64,000 nucleotides of DNA from an uncultured Verrucomicrobiae bacterium (lineage in GTDB: Bacteria > Verrucomicrobiota > Verrucomicrobiia > Limisphaerales > JAFGQR01), in the NCBI GenBank assembly GCA_963788655.1, contig CAWBHS010000049.1:96001-160000 (forward strand). Reading direction: 5' to 3'. Of the stretch, positions 62,827 to 64,000 are shown piece after piece. Below the pieces are notes generated by a model that searched no databases, was not told where the DNA came from, and worked only from the letters and a program-made list of their open reading frames with translations. The translations under genes and the position numbers were made by a program. Positions within the stretch are counted from its first letter, which is position 1. Each line of letters begins with the position of its first letter.

Positions 62827-63566
62827 TTACAAGCCGCCAAACCGCCGGTGCCGGCGCGTGTATTCCTCGAGCGCCGCGAAGAACTGCGGTTTGCGGAAAT
62901 CCGGCCAGAGCGTCGGCGTGACCACCAGTTCGGTGTAGGAGATTTGCCAGAGCAGAAAATTGCTGACCCGCATTTCGCCGCTGGTGCGGATCAGCAGGTC
63001 CGGGTCGGGGATGCCCTTGGTGTAGAGGTGCTGCGCGATCACTTGTTCGTTGATCTCGGCCGGATCCAGTTTGCCCTCTTTGACCTTGGCCGCGATGCCG
63101 CGCACCGCTTCCACAATCTCCGTGCGCGCCCCGTAGCTCAACGCCAGGATGAGCGTCAGTCCGTTGTTCTTCTCGAGCGCCGCGATGGTCTTCTTGAGCT
63201 GGTCCTGAACAAATTCCGGCAGCCGGTAGATCTGGCCGATGACTTCGAGGCGCACGTTGTATCTTGTTCAGATCGGCCACCTCGTTTTTGAGATAATGCG
63301 CGAGATACTTCATCAAGCGTATCGACTTCCTCCTTGGGCCGGTTCCAGTTCTCGACGGAGAAAGCGTAAAGCGTGAGATACTTGATGCCCACTTCGCCGG
63401 CAGCGCGCATGATCGCTCGCACGGATTCCGCGCCGTGCCGGTGCCCTTCGACCCGGGGCAAGTTCCGCTGCTTGGCCCAGCGCCCGTTGCCATCCATGAT
63501 GATGGCCACGTGCGTCGGCAGGAGCGCTTTGGCTTGCGGACTGAGATGGGGAGTGTTCGCGCTCAC
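62827..63566 (-). CDS. uppS: Isoprenyl transferase, frameshifted
   Basis: [38 protein letters not shown]. Confidence 0.95.
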
Positions 63567-63600
63567 AATGATTCGCGACTGGCGATTACGTCAATGCCGG

Positions 63601-64000
63601 TCAGAGCATGATGGTCTGATCGCGGGCGGGACCCACGGAAACCATGGACAGTTTGGTGCCGGTCATTTCGGCGAGTTCTCGCAAATAGGTCCGCGTACGA
63701 ACCGGCAAATCCTTCCATCGCCGCACCTTGTCCAACGGAGTCTGCCAGCCCGGGAACTCGGTGTAAACCGGCTCGCAACGGGCGAGCAAATCGATGTCGT
63801 TGGGCACGTAATCGTACTTCTGTTTGCCGACCCGGTAACCCACGCAAACGCGAATGACTTCCAGGGTGTCCAGCCCATCCACATTGGTGACGGCCAGTTC
63901 GTCGATCCCGTTCACCATGGTGGCGTGGCGCGTGGCAACCGCGTCGAACCATCCGCAGCGCCGGGGCCGGCCAGTGGTGGCACCGAACTCCCGGCCCATC
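63601..64000 (-). CDS. purA: Adenylosuccinate synthetase (3' part)
   Basis: EFGATTGRPRRCGWFD..VSVGPARDQT. Confidence 0.95.
   Translation of the reverse strand, partial: MGREFGATTGRPRRCGWFDAVATRHATMVNGIDELAVTNVDGLDTLEVIRVCVGYRVGKQKYDYVPNDIDLLARCEPVYTEFPGWQTPLDKVRRWKDLPVRTRTYLRELAEMTGTKLSMVSVGPARDQTIML

Noticed and set aside
35124..63566. Frameshifts in the DEAD helicase, yciH, galK, ispG and uppS as programmed frameshifting or true pseudogenes
   Set aside because: They are scattered single-base indels in conserved or essential genes with no slippery-site pattern. Sequencing error is the simplest explanation.

Overview
GC-rich bacterial DNA. Gene content and a recurring C-terminal 'W...DT...RFYRV' domain suggest Verrucomicrobiota, probably Pedosphaerales/Limisphaerales (inference). 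Single-base frameshifts in housekeeping genes (ispG, uppS, galK, DEAD helicase) suggest long-read indel errors. About 1-14.5 kb is a mobile hotspot. It has five toxin-antitoxin (TA)-like pairs interleaved with five decayed copies of the leader plus 5' end of a REP-associated HUH tyrosine transposase (RAYT). An IS110-family element sits exactly in the conserved motif of one of these leaders, and its downstream non-coding end carries a readable bridge/seek-RNA-like structure whose loops match its own target and donor sites. There is also an IS91-like rolling-circle transposase and several orphan oriIS-like ends flanking genes and gene fragments. About 14.5-27 kb holds carbohydrate/periplasmic genes and an RluA. 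About 27.5-32.6 kb is a second accessory islet (GHKL-nuclease, HNH and DUF433/PIN-like pairs separated by repeated gene 3' ends). About 32.6-64 kb is mostly core: sodC, DEAD helicase, yciH, cutA, galK, fucosidase, ABC permeases, Calx-beta protein, lutABC, and purA-uppS-cdsA-dxr-rseP-ispG, with scattered REP doublets/MITEs. No rRNA, tRNA or CRISPR array was seen. All family assignments are from recalled motifs, not database searches.
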